DNA of 64,000 nucleotides from Pseudovirgaria hyperparasitica (Eukaryota): NCBI GenBank assembly GCA_010093815.1, contig ML996571.1; one strand, 5' to 3'. Shown piece by piece: positions 60,901 to 64,000 of this stretch (position 1 is its first letter; each line of letters starts with the position of its first letter). The notes under the pieces were generated by a model. It saw only the letters and a program-made list of their open reading frames with translations, ran no database searches and was not told where the DNA came from. The position numbers and the translations under genes were made by a program.

Positions 60901-60941
60901 GTAGGTAGGTAGGTAGCTAGGTAGGTAGGTAGGTAGGTAGG
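60901..60941. repeat. (TAGG)n microsatellite
   Basis: Directly visible. Confidence 0.95.
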
Positions 60942-61496
60942 AAGGTAGCTAGTGCAGTACAGTACGTACTTGATACCCCGCCATGTGTTTTTTTTTGGTG
61001 CTGGGTTTGTCGGTATGTAGAGAGGGAGAGAGAGAGGGAGAGAGCTGATGTATCGCTGCTTGTTTGATGTGTGGCTTTGTGTGTGTGGCTGTTTGTTTCT
61101 GTGGCTGCTTGGTCCTGGATAGCTTCTTCTGTCTAGATGCCTTCTTCTTCATACGTGACTTCTTCTTCCTACAAGACTTCCTTCCCAAATAGCTTCTTCT
61201 TCTTCCTCCCACCACTCTCCCTCCCACCACTCTCCCTCCCACCCCACCTTCTTCCCACAAAGCCCTCCCACAATCCCACAATCCAACAATCCAACAATCC
61301 AACAAGAATACCAGAGTCCTGCCATAATACCTACCAAACGCCAATGGAAATACCAGCCAACAACACTAAAAAGACTCCTGCATGATGATGATACATGTCC
61401 GCTAACATACGCTCCCCGGAAGAGAGGTTGGCAAAAGAACTTGAGCTGCTGGTCCTGAGGAGGTGGGCATCTACAACACATCATACATCATACATG

Positions 61497-61536
<40 letters not shown>

Positions 61537-61556
61537 CGCAGACAGACAGACAGACA
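61497..61556. repeat. (GACA)n microsatellite
   Basis: Directly visible. Confidence 0.95.
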
Positions 61557-61842
61557 AGAGCATACACATAAATAACACCACACAAGCAGCGAGACAAAGA
61601 AATCGGAAAAGTCTCCTTCAATAGACCCCTTCCTCGACCTCGCGGTATCTAGTGGAAAATAAAAGTAGAAAGCTACACCGGCCCAAAATGAACTCTTCCG
61701 ACCAAAAATGAAACATTTTGCAATCCAAGCCTGCCCTGGCTTCAATAAGACACTTTAACTTCTCCTCTGTCGTATGTATCGCACAAGAACCAGCTCCAGA
61801 GCTGCAAAGTAGTACCTCTCCAACTACTCCCTATACACTCAC

Positions 61843-64000
61843 TCAATCGCTATCGTCATCAACCACAAAGCTGTCTTCCTCCTCCTCTTCATCCTCGCTG
61901 TCGTCGTCGTCCACTACATACGTCGCCTTCTTCGTCGCCGCTGCCCGTCCCGGTCTGCCGCGCGCTGCCGCTCTAGGTGCTGGCTTGACAATAGTCTCAT
62001 CCTCGTCGTCATCATCATCGAGGAGATCATTTGCAAGCACATCTGCACTCTCGTCCAACCCCTCCTCATCATCGTCGTCGTCGCTATCGACCTTCTTCGC
62101 CTTCTTCGGCGCAGCCTTTGAGGCAGCAGGCTTCGCAGCTGGTTTCGCGGCAGCCTTTGCCTGCTTCGACGCATACGCCTTCGCAGCAGGACTCAATGTG
62201 AGGGGTTTGTTCGCCACGGCCGCCGCAGCTTTCTTCGACACAAGCTTAGCCTTCGGGGCTGGCTTCGCGCTGGCGGCAGGCTTCTTGATGTTGATCTTCG
62301 TCTTCGAAAGGACGGGCAGGTCATCGTCGTCGCTGCCCGAGATCATGGTATCTGCTGCGCGAGCAACAGGGCGCTCAGGGCTGGCTTCCGGAACGAGCTT
62401 GGCGAAATCGGTGGTATCCATGTCGTCTTCTGACAGATCGGCCAGTTTGGGTGCTGCGCGGCCTAGGGGCTTGGGTGGTAGACCCTGCCTGCTGGACGGA
62501 CGTGAGGTTTCCGGGAAAAATTGGCGCGTCGTGGTCTCTGTGGAGCGGGCGCCAATCCCCTTGACCAGGTTGCTGACGTCAAAGTCATCGGCGCCGTCTT
62601 CGGAAGAGTCGTCAGATAGGACGTAGCTGGTTGTCTTTTTGGCCGCGGCGCGGCCGGCTGCTCGTGCAGCCGGTCTCTTTGTGACCACCTCTTCTTCTTC
62701 TTCCTCCTCTTCTTCACCCAGATCTGCAAACACGTCCTCATCTTCATCTTCAGATTCGACTTTCTTGGCAGCCTTTGCAGGTTTCTTTGCGGGTGCCGCA
62801 GCAGCTTTCTTGGCCTTGGTTGCAGCTTTGGCAGGTGCAGGTGCAGGTGCAGGCGCAGGCGCGTCAGATTCGACATCAACCATGTCTACATCTTCCTTTG
62901 ATGAACTTGCAGAGCTCTTTGTAGCCTCACCCCCCAAAGCGCTAATCAATGCCTTCGAGCCACTCGGCTTCGCGGGCTCCGGCTTCTTGTTGAGATAGCT
63001 GAGCATAGTTGACGGTTTCGCCGCGGCCTTTTTCGGTTTCTTGACTTCAAAGTCCGAGTCGCTAAACTCGTCGCTGTCGCCGGCCTTTCTCTTCTTACCC
63101 TTACCGCCCTTGGACGCGCCGATGCCAAGTTTGGTAGAGGTGCGACGACCAAGTCTGGCGATCCTCTTCGACTCTTTCGCGTCTTCATCAAGCACAGTAT
63201 GCCACTCATCGAGGAAGTCGTCGAGATCTGCGATCCAGAGATCTTTCGGCGTCAACTTTATCAATGTGTCGATTTCAACCTCCTTGTCTCCGATCTGCTT
63301 CAGCAATCTGTCAACGCGCTCTTGAGTCAGCGACCAGATAGCCATCTAGAAAAAGTGGTCAGCGTTGGTTTGATACAAGGGCGGATGGTGCTTACGCCTA
63401 GCAAGTAATCGAAATCGCTCAAGCCAGCCTCCTCGTCAACATCGTTCTCGTCCTCCTGCGCGTCCTCCATCTCACCCATTTTCTTTGCCTGGGAAACCTT
63501 GGGAAATCGCTTGAACTTCGACCGGGTCAACTCTTCGACGAGAATAGACTTCTTCTTCTTGGAGACAACAAGAGTACCGTCGATAATCATCTTGATGAAT
63601 CGAGACTGATTGCTCAGCTTGTCAAGGTCCTTTTGCATCTCACTAAGCAAATGTTCCTAGAGTCCCCATTAGCATGTTCACCATCAAGCATGTAAAGAAA
63701 AACGACATACCTTGCGCATCTGATAGAACTTGAATCGGACCTGATAGAATTCTTCCATCATATCAAGCGTAGTGGCATACTTCTGTATCCTTCCCTGATG
63801 GTCAAAGGCAACCAGATTGGTAGTAGTCATGGTCTTGACGAGCTTGAACGTGTCCTCCAGACCCTTTGCCAAGGCCGCTGCCATGTGTTTATCGTCCATC
63901 TTGATGATGAAATGGACCTTCTCGTGGGTATTGTACTCGGTGTAATCCTTGATGAAGGAAGGGACCTTCTCGGCGCGAAGTATATCTTCGAGATTCTCCT
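61843..64000 (-). CDS. TOP2: DNA topoisomerase II, 3' portion (starts beyond the right edge); introns 63657-63710, 63346-63395
   Basis: FIKDYTEYNT..VHFII, FKL..TTNLVAFDHQGRIQKY, LSNQSRFIKMIIDG, FDYLLGMAIWSLTQERV, LWIADLDDF, then a charged low-complexity CTD. Confidence 0.96.

Noticed and set aside
61376..61463. Box C (ATGATGA) ... box D (CTGA) with a 4-bp terminal stem
   Set aside because: The C box lies within an ATG repeat, and the putative guide gives only about 8-9 bp of complementarity to an SSU rRNA segment recalled from memory; would need snoscan or small-RNA data.
61718..62626. 302-aa plus-strand ORF
   Set aside because: Antisense shadow of the low-complexity TOP2 C-terminal domain.

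Overview
Gene-dense, intron-containing DNA from a filamentous ascomycete (GT..AG introns of about 45-145 nt with CTRAC branch sites; taxon not determinable here). About 22 protein-coding genes are supported. Left to right: a PAQR/IZH-like gene (partial), an uncharacterised membrane protein, a fatty-acid-hydroxylase-family gene, Rho1-GEF ROM2, V-ATPase c' (VMA11), a secondary PKA catalytic subunit, a divergent isovaleryl-CoA dehydrogenase / methylcrotonyl-CoA carboxylase beta pair, response regulator SSK1, a Zn2Cys6 factor, a 1052-aa SRA-like + Zn-finger + AlkB dioxygenase, a Bax-inhibitor-family gene, a divergent pair of related small secreted Cys proteins (one frameshifted), a conserved hypothetical protein, a DMAC1/DUF4536-like gene, IEC3, ORM1, a degenerate PLOD/ESAG3-like glycosyltransferase, a DnaJ protein, RPL15, a PSP1-domain gene and the 3' part of TOP2. 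No rRNA, tRNA, CRISPR array or intact transposon was recognised. The best leads are the paralogous effector-like pair with an identical intron position, the SRA-AlkB reader/eraser architecture, a 354-nt exitron candidate in the DnaJ gene, a four-intron AUG-free 5' leader on the PSP1 gene, a candidate spliced Cys-rich micro-gene, and recurrent C-rich to G-rich skew switches. All exon boundaries were read by eye and no database search was run.
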